DNA of 64,000 nt from Candidatus Komeilibacteria bacterium (lineage in GTDB: Bacteria > Patescibacteriota > Patescibacteriia > UBA1558): NCBI GenBank assembly GCA_048538235.1, contig JBLYPX010000001.1, forward strand, positions 594,136-658,135, read 5' to 3'. Below the pieces are notes generated by a model that saw nothing but the letters and a program-made list of their open reading frames with translations, was not told where the DNA came from and did not search any database. Below, one piece after another: positions 63,101 to 64,000 of this stretch (position 1 is its first letter; each line of letters starts with the position of its first letter). A program made the translations under genes and the position numbers.

Positions 63101-64000
63101 GTACCAAGATCATATAGTTCACTCTCAAGAGGAATAATATGACCATTTCTTAAATAGTCAGAAGCAGATGTACCAGCTGCAATACTTTCTGTCATACTTG
63201 ATGTTGTATCTGCCATAGCAGTAATAGTGGTACCAGCCACAGTATTGTAGTGATTAGCTGTACCGTACAAACGGTTAAAGTATGAATATACAGCTCCACC
63301 ACTTGTAGAGATATATATATCGTTTACAGAAGCAACGATTGTTGAATAACGAACAACAGCTGCTCCACTGGCTCCACTTTGATGTACGCCATTAGCTACC
63401 TCTGAAACACTTACTCTTTCGATAATAGGTGAACCAGTCGTTACTAAAATACCAGTTGACTGACCAGCCGTACCGACAATAACAAGATCTTCTAACTTAG
63501 GCGAGCTAGTCCCCGTGCTCACAACTGCCTTGCCGGTAGTATCGCCTGTCAAAGACAAAGCAAAACCCCTCAAGGTGCTGTTAGAAGATCCAGTTATTAC
63601 CGTATTATCTGTTTGAGTAATAAATGTTGAATTACTATTACCTACTGCTACTACGTCGACATATTCTTTCATAGTAACAGATTCATCATAGACGCCAGGG
63701 AAGACTTCAATTACATAAGGATTATTACTTGATGCATCTGTAATAGAATTTAAAGCTTCAGTGATAGTGTCATAATGACCATCGTTTCCTTTAGCTACAT
63801 AGATTGTATTCTTTGGTTTATCTAATCTTGTGAATGTTCCTGCATTAACAATCTTTGTAGAATCTAAAATGTCGCTACCAGAATTAATAGTAGCGCCTAA
63901 GGCAACGTTAATATTTCCAGTGCCAGCTAAAACATTAAAGTATGAATCTACTGTTCCAGCATCTACATCTATATCTGTAGTAGCTGCTGTAATAGCAGAA
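36157..64000 (-). CDS. Giant fibre/adhesin-like surface protein, at least 9,280 aa (5'-truncated by window edge)
   Basis: Frame has no stop between 63672 and the edge (…PKNTIYVAKGNDGHYDTITEALNSITDASSNNPYVIEVFPGVYDESVT-MKEY, a pectin-lyase/pectinesterase-type beta-helix cap). Dozens of G.VG[IV]G...P motifs, Y[DN][LI]G[ST]...[RE]W motifs, S74 and G2-like modules, propeller-like repeats and an acidic tail. Confidence 0.9.
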   Translation of the reverse strand, partial: SAITAATTDIDVDAGTVDSYFNVLAGTGNINVALGATINSGSDILDSTKIVNAGTFTRLDKPKNTIYVAKGNDGHYDTITEALNSITDASSNNPYVIEVFPGVYDESVTMKEYVDVVAVGNSNSTFITQTDNTVITGSSNSTLRGFALSLTGDTTGKAVVSTGTSSPKLEDLVIVGTAGQSTGILVTTGSPIIERVSVSEVANGVHQSGASGAAVVRYSTIVASVNDIYISTSGGAVYSYFNRLYGTANHYNTVAGTTITAMADTTSSMTESIAAGTSASDYLRNGHIIPLESELYDLGTPTHRWRNVYTSTLIAPGSGILGTTAESFVINTDNTTNDGEAMNIVFERGTPGTNATFGWDNTNDRFDFNFPLYLSGTANISTDSQNLTLETTTSGSMILTSAGLFDLNAGANLDIDVTGTYDLLTSGSQNIATTDGSVTFTTGGATNGDLTLNVADDYDVNVVGNITIDGVNYTLTNTGTYAVDSTGTVNVDSDTTVDVGGTKISLTTDGGTLADGELDFTSSGNIDINANDTITIDGTTFNLTTTANYLATVGGTYGVDATGAVNIDSDASSTLSGAGVNVTSDGGILALTGDGVTDIDISNAGAAIDIDSATLVIDTTAGYSIDGAAASNLSVTNNNLTLSTITTGSMIATSAGLFDLNAGANLDIDVTGNYDMLSSGTFSIDGTGNSNVSATSGNLTLSTLTSGNLIATSAGLFDLNAGANLDIDVTGTYDLLTSGSQNIATTDGSMTFTTGGATNGDLTLNVADDYDVNVVGNITIDGVNYTLTNTGTYAVDSAGTVNVDSDTTVDVGGTKISLTTDGGTLADGELDFTSSGNIDINANDTITIDGTTFNLTTTANYLATVGGTYGVDATGAVNIDSDASSTLSGAGVNVTSDGANNISLTTGNATDLVNVLTGNLKVGNGTPSQTLNGEDAYIEGTLEVDGMAYFDGGQTIAGNITPATDNTYDLGSAAKRWQDLYLGPASLNISDTAGTSGAGSNYVNSTIGFSGEQLQILTSLVGAQASGGNILIQSSLPTGGISTEAIRIATAGAVGDADEILQIGEGATNFVTVMGSGNVGIGTATPDTKMEIVASDPILTIRDTETAGASTDTRLRLAESGAGDTLDAYWDLRRTGTDFAIDNSVYGGEIFRITQSANVGIGVTDPEGKLEIKSPGVGSGTAIEVRENGGTNNILLVDEPTTGDARLRLRGNGTDTVAILGDGNSYFNAGYVGIGTTAPAFALQVEGNGVMSRLTSSQTLPGDLLGSYYFGGKVAGVDKTGAQIRAVADDTIGSQIPTRLEFILQQSSSSSTPDITAMTLNHDGEVGIGTTNPTHKLEIETDNIGASENGLSVEGYLNSRMMTWNYLNNGIVTDWLNSAGTTVNRIRSYGDSYFNAGNVGINTDSPDARLESLDASSPQLRLTHTNDVLYANFQVDNTGDLTLDITGAAGTGQLILGDTDTIAIGGAAGQVYNVIGDAVTGMGHGLNSDDDLYIEGVLEVDGDAFLDGNLTVAGDTTIVGTTAYESDIDMQNNLILNIGDAATDFTAGGGLNLTSDLAVNGGNINSSTNLTLNPTGALNLGGANTTSVVTPNTVATYSINGTGLTTFNVATLNSNPATLNLATSNQANNVNIGTGTAIDTINIGTGGTAADDINIGDALADVDITGASQIVAGTGDSLTLTGNATSTWSTTAGNLNLTSASALNLTQAASSTWTLNNAVNALNIDANTLSIDALNNRIGIGVTAPEAKLEINGLGVGGVGLDVETNTGYEIKFSGTTTANIYQSVSGQDFYLTTAGGNILMTGGNVGIGLTNPTSKLQLPLENDAATPTLSFGDGDTGFYEAGDDNIVLSVGGTAVWQALTTQFRATNSDGPMMVKETSSYTNPVIIPHRGDDTTGIGGDGANNLSLIAGAWEGLRVVEGTEDYLQITNDNWIKSVDSAGTGTVNMFKVNSSDQVELGAALNIGTFVADEDAGAITFFDMPVSSTPTAGTEMSATFKIDGDNILKVYAEADGTGGIQNPAVNVTGDLNVTGDYTLTGDFLPSVNDTYNLGSDSLRWANIYLGGETIHVGASTSDEGTLAYTSATDVLTMNSIGNIALETDGGNVGIGTTAPAELLEISTATGTGTLNPTVLRISTTSTGSDWDTANNWGGIEFYSADATRVQASINAVPYSTAGDNTNITFNAGSANQERMRITASGNVGVGTTSPVYKLSIEDSSSTWAQRILNSSATGEGLLVRASDSSNNKRVFQLADKDDTKILTVTGNGFVGIGATAPDDPLHVESTETYIAKFKTTANANQVVSMEAPSGYNTNLYFFEGSTAEAGIRWDGGGDRMEFKVGNTATDAMTILDNGNVGVGTTSPGSYGLNVAAGSSGAIAQFQQGNNGGDVYSGITNTYGGASSIDETATLYLGATNAVYGAYVRAYAESDFQSVANRDGGIKLGVRKDGTWADGLTIDADANVGIGTTSPASILEVRDETANAAVKIVTGNTLYSAIDFGDTNDDNVGQVRYNHNTDVLGFTTNDVKDRLAIDSAGEVGIGLTNPSEVLDIFDSGNADTVLQIRSQDSAVTTANEGVRIRFAESDETFLGQVGYTYRSASQYGTHLSSADNIHFEVNGSTSAAVTIDTSSNVILNTATASLKLPSQNDADTPTLAFGDGDTGIYETSPNVLSYAFSTQPEAFISATGFGFYGTNYPRVWNEAPTSINPVFSFESDDDTGIGRAAADQLSLIAGAWEGLRVVEGTEDYLQITNDNWIKSVDSAGTGTVNIVKVNTSDQIEFGGTIVGGTYEFAEDSGAVTFVNMPVSSTPAAGTEESYSLSIDSEPILKVYSEADGTGGIQNKAVNITGDLNVTGDVAMTGTTTFTGDLLPATDNTYDLGSAAKRWQDLYLGPASLNISDTAGTSGAGSNYVNSTIGFSGEQLQILTSLVGAQASGGNILIQSSLPTGGTSTEAIRIATAGAVGDADEILQIGEGATNFVTVMGSGNVGIGTTVPGQNLEIANDSVASMLLNGTGANADARIMFHSTGSTEQFSIGLDESRNIFAISETADTLNTNPRFVIDGSGYVGIGTTAPNQDLVVSGIADTSSAALKLEAAANLDTYIQLFGDRDWQIQVDGDGSIGTADEFHIYDNTAGATRLLIDTVGNIGIGTTQPEDNVKLDIYATGVNSVVDVESNADGYNQTIRFRQGGVNMATIGYDDTIDAATFSYGNFANNHLNIDSTGQVGIGATAPQQSLHITDAGPAIQLERTGTGLGSWIQSVTYASSANYGSLYFTPSLATGDFVIRNSSSVDRVYIDTSSGNVGIGPDTTPDYLLDVQGTLNADGAITGGSTADIASWVRGETLRSEGQLYLNFDGADADSQIYFYEDSSTTGESIIWSNTNDRFEFSDGVLVDGDTDEVQLTVQGHSTQTSDIFVVEDSVGSNLFDVDTAQANFNVPTSFNAAGDVSIAYDLVFTNPTASYIKSQAPLYIQTESPSGNLDLTLSAANSGSVIIDDNFEVTGTTTYSGNLDMEGNNIVDVNSIYVDNIYDRDRGDVAIELGDEYLRINDGGTFSSGIYIGTSDLKMSSGDLLVGSNGGTGAIRLFANNNGTNYITVDGTSGGNSWFNTGGNIGIGTTSPDTSLDVTSSGANGIVINQRTDAATSSANLFFADNAGQTVGLKTVSGRFGIYTGATVGSSSGSEKVSVLTTGEVGIGTTTPDKILHVSTASDTQVKLTAGATNNVGLIGYQGSNLMFNMGYEDSSDTVRLNYGTWSAANGIAINSSGYVGVGTTNPSDLFTIEGSGGSSQGLELKNAYDKFEIYFQDNTDNTDLNIGYSGSGGADIQLQYDGDIILAEDSGGNIGIGITNPASKLDIDTGSNANGLRLRGTAETAEIADLFVNSSGALVLSTVAGTDSQAYIDLRSEDDTTGVLIRQSSGAGTSTYANLYVTDASDDYLSINLNSGTDGNAFNVTASDRVGIGTNAPSSKLFVNGLTDEVQLTVQGHSTQTNDIFVVEDSSGADLFTVSETQSTSYVPFSVEGTGTLSVANGINLTDDDSNTIESYGTFYLATSAGTPKDIVLQPGGGGEVGIQSDLVITGATDFGTITGDLLPTVDDSYDIGSDTYEWQDLWIDGTANIDTLAATTMSGTLTMGANAIDGTSYDITGAGVITGTQINGDNLRLDGNTLSSTNTNGAITINPNGTGGINIGTTNSARTINVGTGTAIDTINIATGGGADAVSIGTTAANVAITDANWSITGAGVMSGTQINGDNLRLDGNTLSSTDTNGSITIDPNGSGTLTLGSADVGAIAINSNTTIGIGTSVTNAITLATDGTGTAEVVLPAGSIDSTEILDSTIVGGDVADDTLDFVDFQDTMDLDAAWVLNTGGNGRNITFNEDSYDIDFRVESNGDANALFVDGGTNRVGIGTNAPSSRLFVDGLADEVQLTVQGNGTQTNNIFVVEDSAGADLFTVSETQSTSYVPFSVEGTGTLSVANGINLTDGTSNTIESYGTFYLATSAGTPKDIVLQPGGGGKVGIQSDLVITGATDFGTITGDLLPTADDSYDIGSATYEWQDLFVDGTATIDTLVVDGNSGTAINISGTGFGTDINLQNGETISNDTNGTILLTATTTATSSNLNVGGNVDIDGNALSFGESEQTIQDVGDYLTVWDTSSYFFNFYTAGTQAGDLQVDTNTLYVDASANMVGIGTTAPTAKFDVIGEIQGDSLDIDGAVDVDAGTGAITFDSTTTGTFDVTTAAGQISLNSATGEIDLTTGNTTAAAIDINATGAAGGIDMDTTNGPIALTAGNATNGNISASAAGTLLLDSAGVLELNSSGAAISIGNDVVDQAINIGTGAAARTITLGNVTGATTLDVNTGTGGFLVDTTGAGPISLDAPTGLINLTTGNTTAAAIYLNASAGGIDIDLGNGAGDDFNVDGNVLVVESDTNSVGIGTNDPNAILHVYKGDSTANIYSSTYSALALENNNHTMIDFMSPADKQGGFYFNDPDQTAMAELVYSHSTDSFNFGVRPAIGSAIDTVFSLSASQATSYVPFSMEGTGDVTIANDLFFSNATSSTISSEAPLYITAGAVGSNTNLVLEGRGTGKVYVDDNFEVTGTTTLGGGVSISGDFLPSTDNTYDLGSAALRWAEVNVGPGSVNVYNAASDANPIVKTSSSGLEFGVGGGSPLDIRLYRDSANVLRTPDSLTIDTDLTISGGDLNVASAAFNLANAATTLNVGSTNIARTINIGTGTAVDTINVATGGGADAVSIGTTAANVAITDANWSISGAGAASFDSTLTVGGTTTLNGNVAIGNSTADTVSVNTGAWTFSNDTNFVLSGGVNGLSLDGSTFSVDATNDRVGIGLTNPAWPLSIKTSTTGAQNILGLTADDNGNVLVVGKDAEDDGYVNVYSGTAQTIQLHSNASSYINGGSLGIGITNPASKLDIDTGSNTSGLRLRGTAETAEIADLYVSSSGALILSTVAGTDTNAYIDLRSENSTLGLLIRESDGTGTGTYANLYVKDATDDYLSINLNSGTDGDALVVTAADEVGIGTSDPTSKLMVNGTSDQIQTIIQGYSTQTNDIFVVEDSSGADLFTVSPTQSTSYVPFSVEGTGTLSVANGINLTDNTSNTIESYGTFYLATSAGTPKDIVMQPGGGGEVGIQSDLTVTGAGAITGNVGIGSITADDPLDVAGVIDSTGGYEVDNATIISGDGSTIYTRGASVNKIGTANSSGIGIDALNSGDWDLLLYESKTYTSSLDLGYNGSAIIDTYDTNETLTINANGAGGINIMNSGTGTVSIGTTNAGVQITDPQWSVTNAGAASFASMASGGAVSGTTGTFSTSVVTPLVQGGAASGGDLTLESTSHATKGHIFFGSDSNSAYDDVNNRLGIGITAPVGPLQVHQATAGSTSYIHLTQDGTGTAATDGLLVGVNATEQAIFWNRENTDVRIATNNLDRMTIEAGGNVGIGITNPGYKLDVAGTASATTLTLDGTSGTAIGISNTGITTDINLQNGETIDNDTDGTILFTATTTKTSGNLYVGTSGTGTITSGLINGQTISSAADFTGTMAIAGKLTVNDNVLIDGDADEVQLTIKGHTTQTSDILKITDSSDNDLFTVSPSQATSYVPFSMEGTGDVTIANDIYMSNATSSTISSKAPLYITAGDVATNTNLVLEGRGTGKVYVDDSFEVTGTTTMGGGLNLTGNIYTPGTVRADSGVYVGDTEYFWSDTNGRIATANDFYVTGGSGNTYLYSANTYLGASSGDNIYVRGNTISGDSWSITGPGVITGTQLNIDNLRLDGNAITSTNTNGNITINANGTGDINLDSNTLYVDQSANRVGIGVTAPAAPLDVVGEIQGDSLDIDGAVDVDSTTSNIDFTATTGTIAFTTANTTAAAIDINATGAAGGIDMDTTNGPIALTAGNATNGNISISAAGTLALSSGDWGIDTTGIAANMGTYNGQTISSAANFTGTMAVTTSITSPLIQGSTASGGDLTLASTSHATKGHIFFGSDGSSAYDDVNNRLGIGTSAPARSLQVVGSATPGDNLFRVAGGANQGHVTIYMAAADDRNAVIESQRDLNIIPGQYVGIGTTVPSALLDVAGEIQGDSLDIDGVVDVDAGTGAITFDSTTTGTFDVTTAAGQVSLNSATGEIDLTTGNTGTSAIDINVTGTGGDLDVDVNDAITIDSKSFSIDGAIASNVSVTGNALTLSTIASGALNVTSAGTVNISSANSGVITLDGDSYVSVQPSDANYGLLLYESDGTGTGIAANFYVTDATDDYLSINVGSVQDGDALVVTAANEVGVGTSNPTAKLDVVGEIQGDSLDIDGAVDVDAAANAITFDSTTTGTFDVTTATGQIGLNSATGRIYLTTADTTADAIYLNASAGGIDVDLGNTAGDDFNVDDNTLVVESDTNSVGIGTSDPRSKLEIYDSTVNVGGESTDLTFGTAANGGTAQIGALLDGATDQTSTGLIFRTVQEEFGSLTDRMIIESTGNVGIGTTNPAYKLDVNGSSRVSSLLVDGANDVLISSGDIDLDTGNYIGVSASAGRIYYQTSNLNVLGADFAVDTTDLFVDVDVNEVGIGTSAPNTTLHVAGKSTFGSAITPTATEDEDIINILSGSNATGGTNGITFWENTSGYGMSMGYDGTGSGDSNAIRFYDTNAAHLMTLEAGGNLGIGITNPSVKLHVNGSATINSSGNDTINIGGSGVDTINIGNSTGVDTIYIGTGGGVDDIQIGSGTNGLILSSASWDVSGIGYADFNRLDVNDIRLDDNEITTETADTDLLLLPTSERVGINTSSPGATLDVAGTLKTSGVGDVTIANDIYMANGTASGIQSKSTLTITGGDIGTNSNVVLAASGSGSVVIDSSDRLVSSLAYTTGVTPTQTLYVDSAGNIGKNGSSIRFKENIVDMEDVSWLYDLRPVNFEYKESFNNGIGSGVKYYGLIAEEVETVNPLFVGYDQSGLPDSVKYTALISPMLNAIQEQSTELSGVLSMVDYTTGNISTESALTLSSDNSYVQVDDELVIGSTNVGIGSIVSDENGLTIKSDAGAAGQVRGISLELDDNAGASKFNINNSNNSTVLTIDSTGSIDMSGSLNTEMSAMSEMFAVTIDNQGNLPEAGDVVVMSNTANTLVKSNAQYQESAVGVVVDNSAIKLNSSVAGRAIALAGKVTIKVTNDNGAINNGDYLTTSSRNGYAMKATSAGPVVAKALSSFNSATGTIEAFVHVSWYDPLSDNLLVAGTLTAGGDTELQGGVILGNATDDLIEVKGTFKSGLQLNQDNMYDLGSTTNRWASGYFATAVKVDEMELSNNQIQTTNDLTLKSTSGNLTLQSDAADSIITLKPSNSTSYLEVSNTDDLTSLIAKNGYLRVGMGAIADNVSTENDLLVTGSVEIDGDLYVEGDILAPKLTEAIKKQIKSNLPIESAKVYWEQMQESTIIESTTTEVSTEIMDNNLSLVAYVDSLDSNKGKYRIYNDGSVVAKGVFNQGTTSNIATTAISNGSVAIAYTDDSNSSYGTMVIISSNGEIATDETVFNSAATSSLDIAELTNGYLFIAYNDNGVGKYAIVSENNIIIKSETQLINSSISDINVTQMGNKVLVSYVDNGELDYGKTSLIDLDTYTHTTATFASVAISNITSTSLTNGEAMIVYSDTAGKAITIDQSQNITNTATIDASAISNVDMVVNNDRVIVAYQAVDNKTYYKVLDNEGNSLNAATEITSTVNGLSITSDNIGNLSISYIDNSTEYIKQTHLNTALGYKSASDNLIWYDLDIETDSADTIVLKAGDKYSTPIDLTTGNNTIDLGYISYNFTSVAGDNYVYLPGLGFGAKDIRSITDSEGRVYEANKINSFLYIIPGIGTGKQVTVDYTANVDSQSLTIVDNIDDSVMTVNSTVTLLPDSADEIVAEEFANGNVFVGYIDNADGKAKYAIYSDNETKTGIIYDNQASSIAATYLDNDNIMVAYRSGVTGTGQVVTINQAGVVSGPSTFNAGSTDNISLTTTYNDSVVIAFEDKGNSNYGTVVEVDYQGNIITPEVVFNSVSTSNIDIIRMLNGNLMIAYADTVGAISILDNSLNVITTQTFNNFAPAHISVAMLGNGNNIITYIDGADSSANFVIYNQSGVGVIGETIINNSATTEINASTLNSGQVLVGYVASGQAKALIIDEDGSTQIAATAINTANNVVTAGQNIVSSSTNINLNSILPFATANSVAFNKISKVTFNYENYGVASEDVEDKFVDSDAQTNDSRGDVAENMTVRELTIDDVKTVLDMTVEDTNVYEYANCVDGVCNYEGLPEAGDIVVTDHSGEVMTVKSLRKNATNIVGVVTTDPAVILKKNLEGRTIVLTGTTPVKVSLENGAIAKGDLLTTSSTAGIAMKATSRSAGTLGVALSSFDPINSCIKDIENTYKEELLNSEVVYTEDELALLLETVDTSSCEVDVPEFGEISVLISINNPVVTDTGSIITIVDADDEETVIDLSIMEYEEFGNVVVKGETIFGGKITVAKAEFLGNISVAGSIKVKGNLELSGAITQNYWDGSEGAIEVGDAVAIIGSDTIGQTWASDNNFLPAIGLAVEILDYDYIPEEELNAYLTGLGYDLETGAPIEIRDNIRLIKVASSGKVGGFSSLQPGAAYFLADKPGDLETLSDNYDELNNLLLESSELQADLAEQEAAIAKALDDGNSLALQRSLSVIASVNGAKQVLGVAKSKNELIIMPSLSYSGDYSVSEDVVNETYVSSPSYSTPTAGTEIVQEIDEFIANQPEEVVEEVVDESAVEEVPVEETVSETEVVDENVDIEVIIGEDTPNVEIITDSTEDVVIETITE
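37264..37881 (-). other. G2/IMC-like chaperone module 2 (DVAE motif)
   Basis: GDVAENM...EAGDIV...VGVVTTDP...LTGTTPVKVSLENGAIAKGDLLTTSSTAGIAMKA...GVALSSF. Confidence 0.65.
38050..40270 (-). other. Two beta-propeller-like repeat blocks within the giant CDS
   Basis: ~48-aa repeats of the type VFNS..TS.I....L.NG...IAY.D...G...I... at about 40270-39350 and 38950-38050. Confidence 0.55.
40915..41307 (-). other. G2/IMC-like chaperone module 1 (degenerate AMSE motif)
   Basis: SEMF...EAGDVV...VGVV...IALAGKV.IKV...NGAI..GDYLTTSS..GYAMKA...VAKALSSF. Confidence 0.6.
41640..41910 (-). other. Peptidase S74 intramolecular chaperone/autocleavage domain within the giant CDS
   Basis: SSIRFKENIVDM...LYDLRPVNFEYK...GLIAEEV...DSVKY..L...LNAIQE matches the S74 pattern S[DS].R.K.NI...L.PV...GLIA[QE]E; the Ser-Lys pair is present. 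Confidence 0.85.
47095..52490. repeat. Intragenic diverged repeat family (~47095-47790, ~51790-52490, partial ~50320-50810)
   Basis: GIGITNPASKLDIDTGSN..GLRLRGTAETAEIADL...SYVPFSVEGTGTLSVANGINLTD...GTPKDIV.QPGGGG.VGIQSDL; offset 4698 nt between the long copies. Confidence 0.85.
55043..61117. repeat. Intragenic 363-bp direct repeat pair (55043-55405 and 60755-61117)
   Basis: Offset 5712 nt. Encodes PATDNTYDLGSAAKRWQDL...VMGSGNVGIG; almost identical at DNA level. Confidence 0.9.
61307..62802. repeat. Intragenic 560-bp direct repeat pair (61307-61866 and 62243-62802)
   Basis: Offset 936 nt (312 codons). Encodes TSAGLFDLNAGANLDIDV...GAGVNVTSDG with two amino-acid differences and many third-position differences. 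Confidence 0.9.

Noticed and set aside
63670-63672. Listed start Met of the 9171-aa ORF
   Set aside because: The frame is open upstream to the edge and the Met falls within a continuous beta-helix motif.
36157-64000. Prophage or tailocin interpretation of the tail-fibre-like motifs
   Set aside because: No capsid, terminase, tube, sheath, baseplate, lysis or integrase genes in 64 kb; neighbours carry signal/TM helices.
1-64000. CRISPR arrays, tRNA/rRNA genes, IS elements, inteins, recoded TGA
   Set aside because: No repeat-spacer periodicity, intergenic gaps of at most 144 nt, no transposase or Hint motifs noticed, and ORFs run for kilobases under code 11.

Overview
AT-rich bacterial DNA read in genetic code 11, with no clear Shine-Dalgarno motifs. 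The gene content suggests Patescibacteria/CPR, but this is inferred and no marker gene is present. The whole 64 kb is one co-oriented minus-strand cell-surface locus. It opens with a giant fibre-like protein whose frame stays open to the window edge (at least 9,280 aa; the listed Met at 63672 is internal). This protein has beta-helix and tail-fibre-like repeats, an internal S74 autoproteolytic chaperone and two G2/IMC-like modules. It is followed by a small membrane-anchored protein, seven large secreted or anchored LamG-domain paralogues carrying DUF2341, fibrinogen-like, Gly-rich or CBM-like modules, and a truncated DUF2341/Gly-rich gene missing from the ORF track. Three non-coding signals stand out: (i) two homologous extended -10 promoters, each followed by a terminator-like hairpin just before the start codon; (ii) a 483-bp near-identical repeat spanning gene junctions; (iii) recurrent 50-145 nt self-complementary, GC3-elevated patches inside the coding sequences, many folding better on the antisense strand, which may be an undescribed cis-element system. 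Domain calls come from motif recognition by eye and helices were paired by hand; nothing was computed or searched.
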